DNA from: Vicugna vicugna
Taxonomy: Eukaryota
Direction of reading: 5' to 3'
DNA length: 64,000 nucleotides
Assembly: GCA_013265495.1 (NCBI GenBank)
Contig: MU058769.1
Location: 146,477 to 210,476 of the forward strand
The translations under genes and the position numbers were made by a program. Positions 25,035 to 37,187 of this stretch are shown here, in pieces. The notes beneath the pieces are model-generated. The model made no database searches, was not told the DNA's origin, and worked only from the letters and a program-made list of their open reading frames with translations. The number at the start of each line of letters is the position of its first letter. Position 1 is the first letter of the stretch.

Positions 25035-26014
25035 AAGAATGACCTTCAAATTCTGGACTTTGTATCAGACAGACCTAGATTTTACAGATTCCAAGCAGAT
25101 GTCATATATATCTATGTATATATATATGATTTGTATCTATAAGATTTGTTCCACTACAGATAGGAAGAATATGAAAATTATTCATATTACACTATAATCA
25201 GAAATGACTCACTGGATCCCATGTGGGTGAGAGTTGCAGGCATCAATCAGATGTGAAAATTAGGGGTCACACGTTCAAATGCAGGGTCAAGGGATTGTGC
25301 GAGATCCCCTTATCTGGCATAGGGACATAAAAGAGCCTTCTAGTAATGTTTGCCCTCCATCACTGTGAGAAAACTCATCCTAGATGCTGTTGAAATAAAC
25401 TTCGAGGTCCAAGATGGAGCTGCTCCTGTCAAGGAGGAGGGCAGGGAGTGGGAAGGGTGTACATCAGCAAAGGGAACTCTTCTGTTTATGTAAATGCTCC
25501 ACGTGACCAGAAACGTGGTGAACCCAGTCAGCCACTCCCAAGCACCAGGCCAGCTCAGGAGTCTGTACTCATTTCCTTATCCACTGATCTTTGGGCAAAT
25601 ATGCAACTCCAGCCAAACATGTCCTGTTTCCACGTTGGAACTTGTAATGCTTTGCAAAACTCATCGTTGACCCAAATCTCTTGGGAACGGTGCTCCACTG
25701 CACTCCCCCGATCCACGGATTGTTTTCCCTTCAATAAAGGACATTAAACTCATTACTAAGTTGTTTTCATTTCGTCCTTTGACAATGTCCTCAGCTGTAA
25801 ATATTCTTACCCCAAGGTCTCAGGGCCACACGCAACCTCAGCTACCCAACCGGGCAATGGCAACTACCTGGGAGGAAATGACTTCTGTCTTCGTGGTTAA
25901 ATGTCTGAGGATATTTAGAATTAAGTATAGAGATGGTCAAGTCAATCAAATCCATACTTATCACTATTTTGAATTAGTTTTGGGAACAGTCTATAACTAT
26001 CTGGTATTTTAAGT

Positions 26015-26130
26015 AGAGGCACACCTCAGAGATACTGCAGGTTCAGTTCCAGACACCACAACAATGCAGATATGGCAACAAAGCAAGCCACACAAATTTT
26101 TGGGTTTCCCAGTACGTAAAAAATTATGTT
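26015..26130 (-). mobile_element. Tigger1-like DNA transposon terminal fragment
   Basis: aggcacacctcagagatactgcaggttcagttccagacacc resembles a Tigger1 terminus. Cut off by the adjacent L1. Confidence 0.6.
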
Positions 26131-27749
26131 TAACAAAGGAGGCAAGAATATACAAATAGCCTCTTTGACGAGTGGTGTTGGGAAAGCTGGACAGCTGTAG
26201 AAAACTCCCTCACACCATACACAAAAATGACCTCCAAATGCCTTAAAGGCTTACACATAAGGCAAGACACCATAAATCTCCTTGAAGAGAACATAGGCAA
26301 AGCATTCTCTGATGTAAATTGTAGCAATGTTTTCCTAGGGCACTCTACCAAAGCGATAGAAACAAAAGCAAAAATTAACAAATGGGACCTAATTAAACTT
26401 AAAAGCTTTTGCACAGCAAAGGAAACCATAAACAAAACAAAAAGACAACATACAGAATGGGAGAAAATATTTGCAAATGATGCGACTGACAAGGGCTTAA
26501 TTGCCAAAATACAAAAACAGCTCATACAACTCAATAACAAAAAAACAGACAACTCAATCAAAAAATGGACAGAAGATCTAAACACATATTTCTCCAATGA
26601 AGACATACAAATGGCCAATAGGAACATGAAAAAATACTCAATATCACTAGTTATGAGAGAAATGCAAATTAAAACTACAATGAGGTGTCATCTCACACCA
26701 GTCAGAATAGCCATCATTCAAAAGTCCACAAATGATAAATGATGGAGAGGCTGTGAGGAAAAGGGAGCCCTCCTACACTATTGGTGGGAATGTAGTTTGG
26801 TGCAGCCACTGTGGAAAACAGTATGGAGATTCCTTAAAAAACTGAAAATAAGGGACAGACTAGGATTTCAAAATGTAGAATAGATAAACAAGATTATATT
26901 GTATGGCACAGGGAAATACATACAAGATCTTGTGGTAGCTCACAGTGAAAAAAAAAGTCACGATGAATATATGTATGTTCATGTATAACTGAAAAATTGT
27001 GCTCTACACTGGAATTTGACACAACATTGTAAAATGACTATAACTCAATAAAAATATGTTAAAAAAAAAGAACTGAAAATAGACTTACCCTATGATCCAG
27101 CAATCCCACTCCTGGGCATATATCTGGAGGGAATTCTAATTCAAAAAGATACATGCACCCCAATGTTCATAGCAGCAATATTTACAATAGCCAAGACATG
27201 GAAGGAACCTAAATGTCCATTGACAGATGACTGGATAAAGAAGCTGTGGTCTATTTATATAATGGAATGCTACTCTGCCATAAAAAAAGAATAAAATAAC
27301 GCCATTTGCAGCAACATGGATGGACCTGGAGATCGTCATTCTAGGTGAAGTAAGCCAGAAAGAGAAAGAAAAATACCATGTGATATCACTCATATGTGGA
27401 ATCTAAAAAAAACAAAACAAAACATAAGGACATTAATGAACCCATCTACAAAATGGAAACAGCCTCGCAAACATAGTAAACAATCTTTTGGTTACCAGGG
27501 GAAAGGGAGTGGGAAGGGATAAACTGAGGAGTTTGAGATTTGCAAATGTTAGCCACTATATATAAAAATAGATTAAGAAAAACAAATTTCTTCTATATAG
27601 TACAGGGAACTATAATCAATATCTTGTAACAACCTTTAATGAAAAAGAATATGAAAATGAATATATGTATACATGTGCTTGACTGGAACATTATGCTGTA
27701 CACTAGAAATTGACACATTGTAACTGACTATACCTCAATTTAAAAAAAA
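26131..27749 (+). mobile_element. 5'-truncated LINE-1 (ORF2 3' part and 3'UTR) with nested insertion
   Basis: ORF 26227-26742 is L1 ORF2p ([21 protein letters not shown]...). Poly(A) at ~27742-27749. Confidence 0.9.
26851..27070 (+). mobile_element. Half-L1-type 3'UTR fragment nested in the L1
   Basis: Matches the 3'UTR at 61090-61320. TSD AACTGAAAATA at 26840-26850 and 27071-27081. Confidence 0.8.
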
Positions 27750-27867
27750 GAGCACATTTTATAACTAGATAGTGTCTCTCTCTCACCAGTAGGCTGGTGT
27801 CGTCTTGTGGGGCCAGTACTTGGAATAAGAGGACATCTAGATTAAGAGAAATGTATTTAAACCATAC

Positions 27868-28138
27868 TTCGGTCTCCCACACACTCCTTTACCCACTGGG
27901 TAGCTGCAGCAACGCTGTCTTGGTGACATCCAGGGTCACCATCTCCAGCCTATCTGATATCTGGCCCCTCAGCTGCTGGGCCCCCTTCTCTGTCAGATAC
28001 TCAGCCAGTACCCTCAAGCCTCACAGGTCCAGCGGCCTGGCCAGCAGTTTCCCAAAGCCTGAGTCACATGTCACGATTAAGTCATGGTTGTCTTGGAAGT
28101 GGCTCACCCATCACTGGCCTCTCCAGATATCAGCGCAG
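27868..28138 (-). pseudogene. Orphan RDH16-like exon 1 remnant
   Basis: Degenerate TCDSGFGKLLARPLDL*GLRVLAEYLTEKGAQQLRGQISDRLEMVTLDVTK with TGA at 28023-28021 and small indels. GTATGG donor retained at 27867. No start codon region. Confidence 0.85.
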
Positions 28139-28524
28139 AAGATAGCAGAATTGCATGGGGAGGGGGTTCCTCCTCCACCTTCAGTAGAAGGAGAAATTCA
28201 GATCTCTCCTTTCCTGGCAACCTTGGAAGAGCTGGTATTTTTCTTCTTACTACAAAGCCCTCTGAAATGACTCTTGAGCGGAGTCTCAATTCTGCCTTTG
28301 AAAAGTGTTTACTTGCAGTTCATATTCATCTCCAGGTTGAAACTTATCTTTGATTATCAAACAAATGCACAGTTTTTAAAATCTTCACTCCTCCTGTTCT
28401 GTCAGAAATTCCAAAAGGAACATTTTGCTATTGTTCCAAATTTGGCATTAAAATTCTCTGTATCCTTTCATACTGGTCTGGATGCAGTATCTACACTGTT
28501 GTTGTTCAAGAATGTTTTAAACAA

Positions 28525-29310
28525 GCCACTGTGGAAAACAGTGTGGAGATTCCTCAAAAGACTAGGAAAAGACTTAAGATATGACTCAGGAATCCTGCTC
28601 CTGGGCATATATCCAGAAGGAACCCCACTTCAAAAAGACACCTGCTCCCCAATGTTCATAGCAGCACTATTTGCAATAGCCAAGACATGGAAACAGATCG
28701 GNNNNNNNNNNNNNNNNNNNNNNNNNNNNNNNNNNNNNNNNNNNNNNNNNNNNNNNNNNNNNNNNNNNTCAACGGATGACTGGATAAAGAAGATGTGGTA
28801 TATTTATTCAATGGAATACTATTCAGCCATAAAAACTGACAACATAACGCCATTTACAGCAACATGGATGTCCCTGGAGAATGTCATTCTAAGTGAAGTA
28901 AGCCAGAAAGAGAAAGAAAAATACCATATGAGATCACTCATATGTGGAATATTTTAAAAAAAAAAGACCAAACATAAATACAAAACAGAAACAGACTCAT
29001 AGACATAGAATACAAACTTGTGGTTGCCAAGGGGAGGGGGGTAGGAAGAGATAGACTGGGAGTTCAAAATTTATAGATACTGACAGGCATATGTAGAATA
29101 GATAAACAAGATTATACTGTACAGCACAGGGAAATATATACAAGATCTTGTGGTAGCTCACAGTGAAAAAAAATGAGACAATGAATATATGTATGTTCAT
29201 AATATATGTAATGTTCATGTATAACAGAAAAATTGTGCTCTACACTGGAATTTGACACAACATTGTAAAATGACTATAACTCAATTAAAAAAATGTTAAA
29301 AAAAAAAAAA
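28525..29310 (+). mobile_element. Half-L1-type 3' element starting at the deletion junction
   Basis: PLWKTVW...SLICGI tail, 3'UTR and poly(A). Imperfect TSD AAGAATGT(TTT/CAC)AAACAA at 28508-28524 and 29311-29327. Confidence 0.85.
28702..28768. other. Assembly gap (N run)
   Basis: 67 Ns inside the repeat. Confidence 1.
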
Positions 29311-31829
29311 AAGAATGTCACAAACAATCTGGCCAGGCAATAGCTCAGTGACCAGCCAACCCCATTTTACCCTGAATGGTGCTCTGTCCTCCCACCTCCC
29401 TTCACTTTTGGGTTGAGGTTCATTGGCAAGCAGACAGCTGAGGCTCAAGTGAAAAGCAGGCATGTCCCATAGGAGAAAAGGAGGCCCATGGAAGACAGAG
29501 GCTCCCTCTTTTCATAGGGAAAGAGCTCAAAGAGAGGCCCAAGCAAGGCTGGTTAGGACAGGTTCAGAAGGTTCATGGAAGCAGAAGCAAGCCACATCAT
29601 ATCTGCTGGCCCGAAAACCCTGCTGCAAATGCGCGTGCACAGAGATGCTCCCCAGGACGAAATAAAGCAATGATGTGTTCAAAGAACAGGATTTGGAACT
29701 AGAAGGGCCTGCTCTGCCAGTTACTCTTTAAGATATGTAATTATCCAATCTTCCTCATTAAAGTTGAATAATAATATCCTTCTTTGTTGTGAATATTAAA
29801 GAGCTTAGAAGAGTGCCTGGCATGCAGTAAGCACTGTGTGTTGGCTATTGTGGTGTACAGCGAGCTGCAAGGGCTGGAACCCTGACCCCGCCATTTGTCA
29901 GCTGTGTAATTTATGGAAATTACTTAACTTTTTTGAGTCTTGGTTTCCTCCTCTGTAAAACGCACATGGCTTGCTGCAGAGATTAAGTACATTATATATG
30001 GAAAGCAATAGGCACAGCGCTTGCGACTGAATAGATGTCCAACAAATGCCAGTTATTCTGATTTCTGTAATTGTATTATCACATCTCTCTCGTCATCTCT
30101 AGTCTTGCTTCTCTTGTCCCCTCCAATCCAGTTCATTCCAATTCATTCCTCAGTGGCAGCAAAAGTGATCTTCTTTAAAAGTAAGTAGCCTCAAAACAAC
30201 ACTATCATGATCATTATAGGCTGTCTGGAACCAGGGCTGAGGGGAGGGATGATGAACTGCAAATGGGCACTGGGGAACGTCCTGGGATGAGAGAGATGTT
30301 CTTTATTTTGACTGCTGGTGGATGCACAGGTGTATTCATATGTCAGAACTCATCAAACTTTACAACTTAAAGGATGAAATTTTGTTATATAAATTTTACC
30401 TCAATAACATTGAATTTAAAAAAAAAAAAAAGGAAGCAGCTTCCCTGGTCTTCTACTGCATTACTACGTTCTCTCTTTTCCATGGCATTGACCAGTGTAT
30501 AAAATTATTTCATTCATTTCTTTCTGTCTATTGCCCAACTCCTCCCCCTACCAGAACACAAACCCTTTGAAGGCAAGGGCTTCTTGTCTGTCTTGTCCAC
30601 CACTATAACTTCAGCATCTGGCACTATGCCTGGAACATAGTAAGAGCACAATAAATTCTTCTTGACGGACTAACTGATTAAAATTCTTCAGTGGTTTTAC
30701 CTCCAAATTATATACTAGTTTCATCCATTCTCATCACCCCCACTCTACTACTTTAACCCAGGGCACCATCATTTCTTGCCTGGATTATGCAATGGTTTCC
30801 TTGGGGGTCTTCTTGCTTCCACCATTGCCCCCTCATTCCACAGAGCCCTACAGCGACCTCTTTACAATTTAAATCAAGTTACATTACTTCCTTGCTTAAA
30901 AAATGTGGAGACAATTTAAGGGGCCAAATAAGTGAATAAGAGAAGGAAAAGCAATTTAAAATTCTAGGAAAATACAAAAGCTATACAAGAAAAGTTATGA
31001 TCCGAATACAAAATTAACTAAAATGTACAACTGGCACAGATACACATCTCAGTCCACAAATTCAGAAACTACCTCAACTATTAATGGTGGGGTAGGGGAC
31101 TAGCCCTCAGTGCAAAAACTTGAGTCTTCTAACTGCATAGGTTACCTTTTAAATGTTCTGCTGTCGCAGTCTACATGACCTTAGTATCTGGTGAGCCTCA
31201 CTTGCCTTCCTGCCACTGTGCGACATGGAGGTCACTCAGACTTTCACCTGCCTACACGTTACAATGTAGCTGGGGGTCTCCTGAGTCTTGTCACCTCCTG
31301 ATGTACTTACGAAAAGTGAGCCCTGGGCCCTCCTGCTCTGGAAGCTCCAAACCTTAGCCTATTCTCTCATCAGAATTCACCGGCGTGACTCTGTCTTAGG
31401 GGAAAGGCCCTGCTTCTCTGAGGCATTGTATACACCCACAAGTCACATTCCCTTTTGCTTCTTTCCTTAAATCCTATAATTTCTCTAAAGATATTAAGGC
31501 TGGGAGAAATGAAATCTGGAAGAACTACAGGAAATACACTTTTTCTATTCTGTTAAATATCTCACTCTAGGTAAAGAAGCACCAAGTCGGTCCCCTACTT
31601 GAGAGGGGAAGGGGGAAATAGGAAACCAAGGAGCAATGAAAATATGTAAATTAATATCCCAAAATATTACCTAGCCGTAGGTAGTATGGCTATTCCTCCT
31701 AGTAAATTTTTGTGTCTTCAACAAAGAAAATTTATTTTTGACTTAGATGTAACCTTCTTAATAGCATGGACTCTGAGTTTTGAATTTTCCAGGGCAAAGG
31801 GCACCATGACTGACTCTCCAGCATTCCCA

Positions 31830-32400
31830 TTCTGTCCCGTGATTAATCTAAATAATTCATGGCAATTTACCCCCTTGTCAGTGATTGGTTCATGGGTGGA
31901 CAAACCTAAGCCAATTTGGGTCAATGAGATTCAAGGAAAGCCTTGGTGAGGGCTCTGGGAAAGAAACTTCTTCAATCTTTACTGTCATGGAAAGATAGGT
32001 TCTTTCTTCTCCTATGAGTTGTGAATGAGGAAACACAGAGTTCCCATTGCCACTGGCAGTCATGCCACAACAACAAAGGTGGTGAATTTAGGATAAAGAC
32101 TAAACTATGAATAGCAGAGCAAAGAAATGGAAAGTTGATGTAGTTCTCATTCAGCTATGGGGTCCTACCCCAACTCTTTCTTTGTTGTTTAAGCCAATGT
32201 GAATTGATTTTCTGTTGCTTGCTGCTCAGTGCATCCTACCCGACACAAAATTTGGTGCCAGGGATAGAAGTGATGCAAATAACAACAGACTTAGTGGGGT
32301 TGTTTGGTGGCCCCCAAAAGGGAAGTCCACGTCCTAATCCTTGGAATCTATGACTGTTACCTTATTTGGAAAAGGGGTCTTTTGTAGCTGTAAATAAGTT
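31830..32400 (+). mobile_element. Old ERVL/MaLR LTR remnants (LTR with TGGTGCCA PBS-like flank, then an MLT1 5' piece)
   Basis: gtttaagccaatgtgaattgattttctgttgcttgc…cgacaca followed by tttggtgccagg, then ggtggcccccaaaagggaagtccacgtcctaatcc. Confidence 0.5.
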
Positions 32401-32723
32401 ACATGTTATTATTTTCAAGCTCAACTGAATGTTGAGAGATACAAATTAAAGACATTTTAATTTAAAAAATTCACATTTGACCATTTCTCAAAATCAAAAA
32501 AGTCTTTTCAATAGAACTTTATATGGCTCAGAAGTTTGTGGGTTGGAAAAAAAACAATTTAGTTCATGATTTATTTCACAATGTTACTAATTTCAGAAAT
32601 TTCTCCCCCTATAACTAAAGCCTTAGTCTGAGAGTCTGACCACCTGAGCTCTGCCATGGCCGCTACACTGGGGAGCCTCAGGTAACTCACTTCTTCCTCT
32701 GAGCTGGCTTCTGTGGAACGGTC

Positions 32724-32895
32724 AGCAGTTCCCAGGTGCCCAGATGCCTCAGAACCATCTAGGTTGTTGTCACTAATCCAGATTTCTGGGCCCTATCCCA
32801 AGCCTAATGTATCAGATTTTCTAACACCGAGGCCCAGGAATCTGTGTTTTAATTAACCAGATGATTATGATAGATGGCCAAATTTGGGAACTGCT
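32724..32895. mobile_element. MER5A-like DNA transposon
   Basis: Inverted ends cagcagttccca…tgggaactgctg and the internal palindromic ctgggccc…ggcccagg pattern. Confidence 0.7.
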
Positions 32896-32935
32896 GAATT
32901 AGATAATATCCATGGTTCCTCACAGCTCTTAAAAT

Positions 32936-32941
32936 TTTATT
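32936..32941 (-). other. Candidate SDR9C7 polyadenylation signal AATAAA
   Basis: tttatt on +, about 800 nt past the stop codon. No transcript evidence. Confidence 0.3.
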
Positions 32942-33735
32942 TTTTTCTGATCTCTGTTTCTTCTATCACTGCCTTATCTCTGCTACTAGATATTGTGCTA
33001 ATAAACAAAAACAAAACCACAAAATAAAGAGTAAAAAACCAAGACCATGATTCAATCATCTTTATATCCTTCCAGCACCTACACAATACCTGGTGTGTAC
33101 CAGGCACTCATCAAATACTTGAAGAATTAATCAATGATGATTAAATAAATGAATGTTATTTCGTGTGAATTCCAATCACCTATGGATAGAGAAATCCATA
33201 AAAGAGAGAGAAAATACAATTATAAACTTTTGCCTGATATAATCTTGCACTCCGTTTTCTGCATACTTCAAATAATGGGTTATGTGAATGAGGTTAATGC
33301 ATATTTGGAGACACAACAGAAAAGTGGTTCAGTTCTCCTGGGGTGGATTACCCCACCAAGGTTCCCAGTGGCGGTGACAATGGAGAGAGGCTCATGGTCC
33401 AGCAGGAGCTAGTTTTCCTCTCCTTGACTTTTCCAGGTCTGGAGAAAGCCGTAACTAACAGGGTGACAGATGCTCTTGGGGCCACGCTTCAGGTCTTTGA
33501 ACCTGCAAAGACCACCTCAAGTTTCCGTGAGGCCCCAGTGAGTGGAACGAGGCATTCATCTTCTGTTAGAAGTTACCCAGAAATTCACCAGCAGTGAGTA
33601 GGGTGTCAGCCAAGCAGAGCGTCCCCCAAGAACATCTGGTACAACTTCTGTGGCCCAACAGTGCCTTCTCTCCCCCTCCACTATACTCCGCTCCCTCCTC
33701 TATACTCCACTGACCACCCCTTGGGCTTCCCCTGC

Positions 33736-33953
33736 TCAGACGCTGTCTGCTGGCCTTGGAAGGTACCGGCTCAGGATGAAGTCTGTCACAGGGGTGGGCA
33801 ACTTAGCCAAGGGAAGGTAGAGGAGTTTGGCATCCAGGCCAGGGTTGTAGCGGATGCGAGGGCTCCGGGAGACAATGGCATGTTCCATGCTGTTGGTGAC
33901 TTCTCTGATCCTTGGCTCTGCCGACTGCACCATGTTTCTTACCTTGGCAATAT
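33736..33953 (-). CDS. SDR9C7: SDR9C7 coding exon 4 (218 nt incl. TGA)
   Basis: AG 33955-33954. Encodes [72 protein letters not shown]. The four exons sum to 942 nt = 313 aa + stop. Confidence 0.95.
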
Positions 33954-36199
33954 CTGTTTGAAGGTACAAGAAGGGGAAAAAAATCAAAGACTCTATTACT
34001 CTTCATTAAAGATGGCTTCTTCTGAATTCCATCCAAGCTCCCTTTCTATCAGATCACTGATCTAACACTTCAGGAAGATCTCACAGTCTCCGGGTTGTCC
34101 CCTACACAAACACCCTGTAAATAGTCTCATTTCTATTTCGAGTCCAACAATTATGTATTGAATTCCTACTATTGCATTAGACTAGCAATGAGAGGAACTG
34201 TGCCCCGTTCTACCACTTACTAGTTGTGTGACCTTGAGTTAAACTGTCATCATCTATAAAATGCGTATAATAATATCTGCTGTAGAGAATAACCAAGATG
34301 AATACTAGCAGGGCAGACAGTGGAGGAGAGAGGATAGAAAGCAAATACATGTAAGTGCACAGAAGAAATTGGAAGGAAACAAGGAAGAGGGAGACAGAGG
34401 TACCCGTTTAGCTCGTCACTCTCCAGGACAACGAGGAAGAACGTGGACCTTGCCTCTGGGCATCGAGGAAACGTTTGCACTATTGTGAGAATTAAGCAAA
34501 ATGAAGTCTACGAAATAGCAGGGATCGGGCTTTGGCACTTGGTATGGATCCAATAGTCCTAGTCCCTCCCTAGGAAGAAAGAGGACTAAAAGGTGAACAT
34601 GGGGTAGCTTCCCCAGCAGGACTGAGATAAAGAAGGAAGCTTGGCAGGTGGCTGTGTTGCTCCGAAGCCTTGCTAACCAAACCAGGCTCGAGTCCAGGCC
34701 TGTGAAGACAAGAATACTTTGTCCTGTTCACATGCCTGTCCCGGTGACCCTGCTTGCTGCTTCACTGGGAATGTGTGTATGTTAGATTGCTATTAACTAG
34801 CCACATCCAATATGGTTCTATTTGGGGCATAGCCAAAAATCACTCCAAGATACCTGCGCCGGCCCCAGGGTTCACGAGCCAGGGGCCTGTTTTGTTGGCC
34901 ACAAGAACTTGCTTGAGTTTGTGTCCAGTGGCGCTATATGATTACTCCTGAATATTTCTTCAGTCTGACTCCACAGCACTCGGCACTCCCACCCCCCAAA
35001 CACTACCCCACATACACACACACTTCCCACAATGACCAAGACCTTTAACTTCATGCCTTTCCCATTCCTTCGCTGAGTTTCTGTGGCTGCTTCCCAGCTG
35101 GTCTCACAGCTCCCTCTTATCCTTCCCACGCAAACAAATCCGATCAGGTGACTTCAGAGCCATGTGAAAGGCTCTCCGAAGGCCGCCAGGATGACAGCCT
35201 CACTTCTCAGTGGAGCATCAGAGCCTTTTCTGATCTGACTCCTGATGTCTCCCAGCCTCGTCCCTCAACCCCACCCCCCATCCTTCACTTGGGCCGGGCT
35301 GGTCATCGCAAGGACAGCTAAGGTTTGTTGAGCTCTTATTAAGTGGCTGAGCGGAGTACTTTACTTTCTTGTTCAGTCCTCCTCACAGCCCACAAGAGAG
35401 GGATCCTTGTACTTGACTATGAAGGAACAAGTGTAGAGAGCTGTGTAACATGGTTAGAGGTACGGCTGTAATTTACACCTCGAATCCACACCGCCTTCGA
35501 AAGCACACGGTGCCGTCAGGTCTCCAAACCGCTGCTCCTGCTCTTCCCTCTGTGGAAAACACCTGCCACCTTTTCCCTCTTTGGTGATCTCCTCTTCATC
35601 CTTCAGAACTCACTAAGGCATCAACGGTCACCTCTGTGAAGGCTCCTGTGACAGCAGAAGTAAGTCCCTGCACCGCTGCTTTGTTTTGTATGCATGCCTG
35701 CTGTTGGACAATTCTCAGTGTGGCCTTGCACCTGCTCTTGGATCTCCCCTGCTAGATTCCCAGAGATCTTGTCTCGTCTGTGTATCCCAGGAAACACTAG
35801 AAAAACTGAAGTGAAAATTAGAGTCTGATCACTTGGAAAATTTTTCATCTCAAAGTAGTCAAATGTCTGCCTAAAATTTTCCTCTGAAATTATGGAGCGG
35901 GCTACAGGGGAACCCGCCTACTGTATTTTGTAAACCCAATCCTTACTATTCTTCAAAAGGGCAGCATCAGCTTTTTGACAGCAGTTTCAGGAGGAAGTTT
36001 TGCTTTCTACATATTCTTTTATGGACCTCACTAAGGGCTCTACAACTTCCGCCTCATTTTGCCACTTTACTTAGAAAATGCCTTTGTGAGGTTCCCAAAC
36101 ACCAGCTGAACCTTCGTTTCACCCCAGCCTCATAGCGGCCCCATAAATCATCTGGGTTACCCTTTGCTAAGGGCGAGTTTTAGGGGGATCTCACAGAGG

Positions 36200-36740
36200 A
36201 CATATATTATAACCCCTGACCCTTCCAACATCTGTTCCTTTTGTTTAGAGTAACAGCTACAGATTTCTCTCTGGGGCTCCATGCCGCTCCCATTCAGAGT
36301 CCTTTGGTCTGGGCAGAGCACATGACCCACACTAAGCCAATTAGATCTTCACATTCCCCTAGGCACAGTGATGGACTCAGGGTGGAGTACATCCTGCAGT
36401 TCCCTCTGCCCCTGCCATCATTGGCCCACCAATTCAGAGTAAGTCTTGGACCTTTTCGGGGAGCTACTGGAAAGGATTATCCTGGGAAGAGATGAGGAGG
36501 TGCTGCAGCCACGTGACCCTCATAGAGAAGAGAGCTTGTGAGACTGGAGCCATGATAAAAGAAGCAGAACCAAGAAATAAGGTGAAACCAGGTCCTAACA
36601 AGATCCTTTGTGGACTGGATCAGGCTGTGCCTGAAGCCCGTATCCTTGAACATTTTAGTTGTGTCAAGAAATTCCTTTTCTGTTTAAATAATTTGGGTTG
36701 CTTTTCTGTCACTTGTAACCAAGAACGTCCCAACTGATGT
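36200..36740 (+). mobile_element. Old ERVL/MaLR-class solo LTR (SDR9C7 intron 3)
   Basis: catgacccacactaagccaattag … ggatcaggctgtgcctgaagcc … ttttctgtcacttgtaaccaag. Confidence 0.55.
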
Positions 36741-37127
36741 AAACCCTTAGTACTTTTTTCTCCTCACAGAATTCTAATATGCCCAAAACTATAAGATTAC
36801 TTTCCCCAAGGAACACTTCTCCAAAGGCTTTTCCCTGACTCTTCCCTAAATCAATGAAAGAATGATGCCTCCATCTACCAGGTTCCTTGCACTATACCTA
36901 GCATTCATCCTGGATTGCTTCCTCTCCCTCTGGGGACCAGCAAGCCTAACATACACCTGGCAGCTATCAACTTCTTTCGATCCCCTCTGCTTCTCTCTAG
37001 TCCAGACCACTGACATGTCTAGCCTGGAATACTGCAGCAACCAGAGCAGTCTTTCCCAGTCGCAAGTCAGATCACATCCTCCATCCTCAGTGTGCCTTGA
37101 AGCTCTAGTTCACCCTGTGTCTCCTCT

Positions 37128-37187
37128 GCTCCCCCGCACTTTTCCCCTACACTGCTCCCCCGCACTGTTCCCCTACACTGCTCCCCA
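37128..37187 (+). repeat. ~25-bp tandem duplication
   Basis: ctcccccgcact(t/g)ttcccctacactg twice, followed by ctcccc. Confidence 0.7.

Noticed and set aside
28274..28957. 227-aa ORF
   Set aside because: Chance fusion of unique sequence with an L1 ORF2 tail across an N gap.
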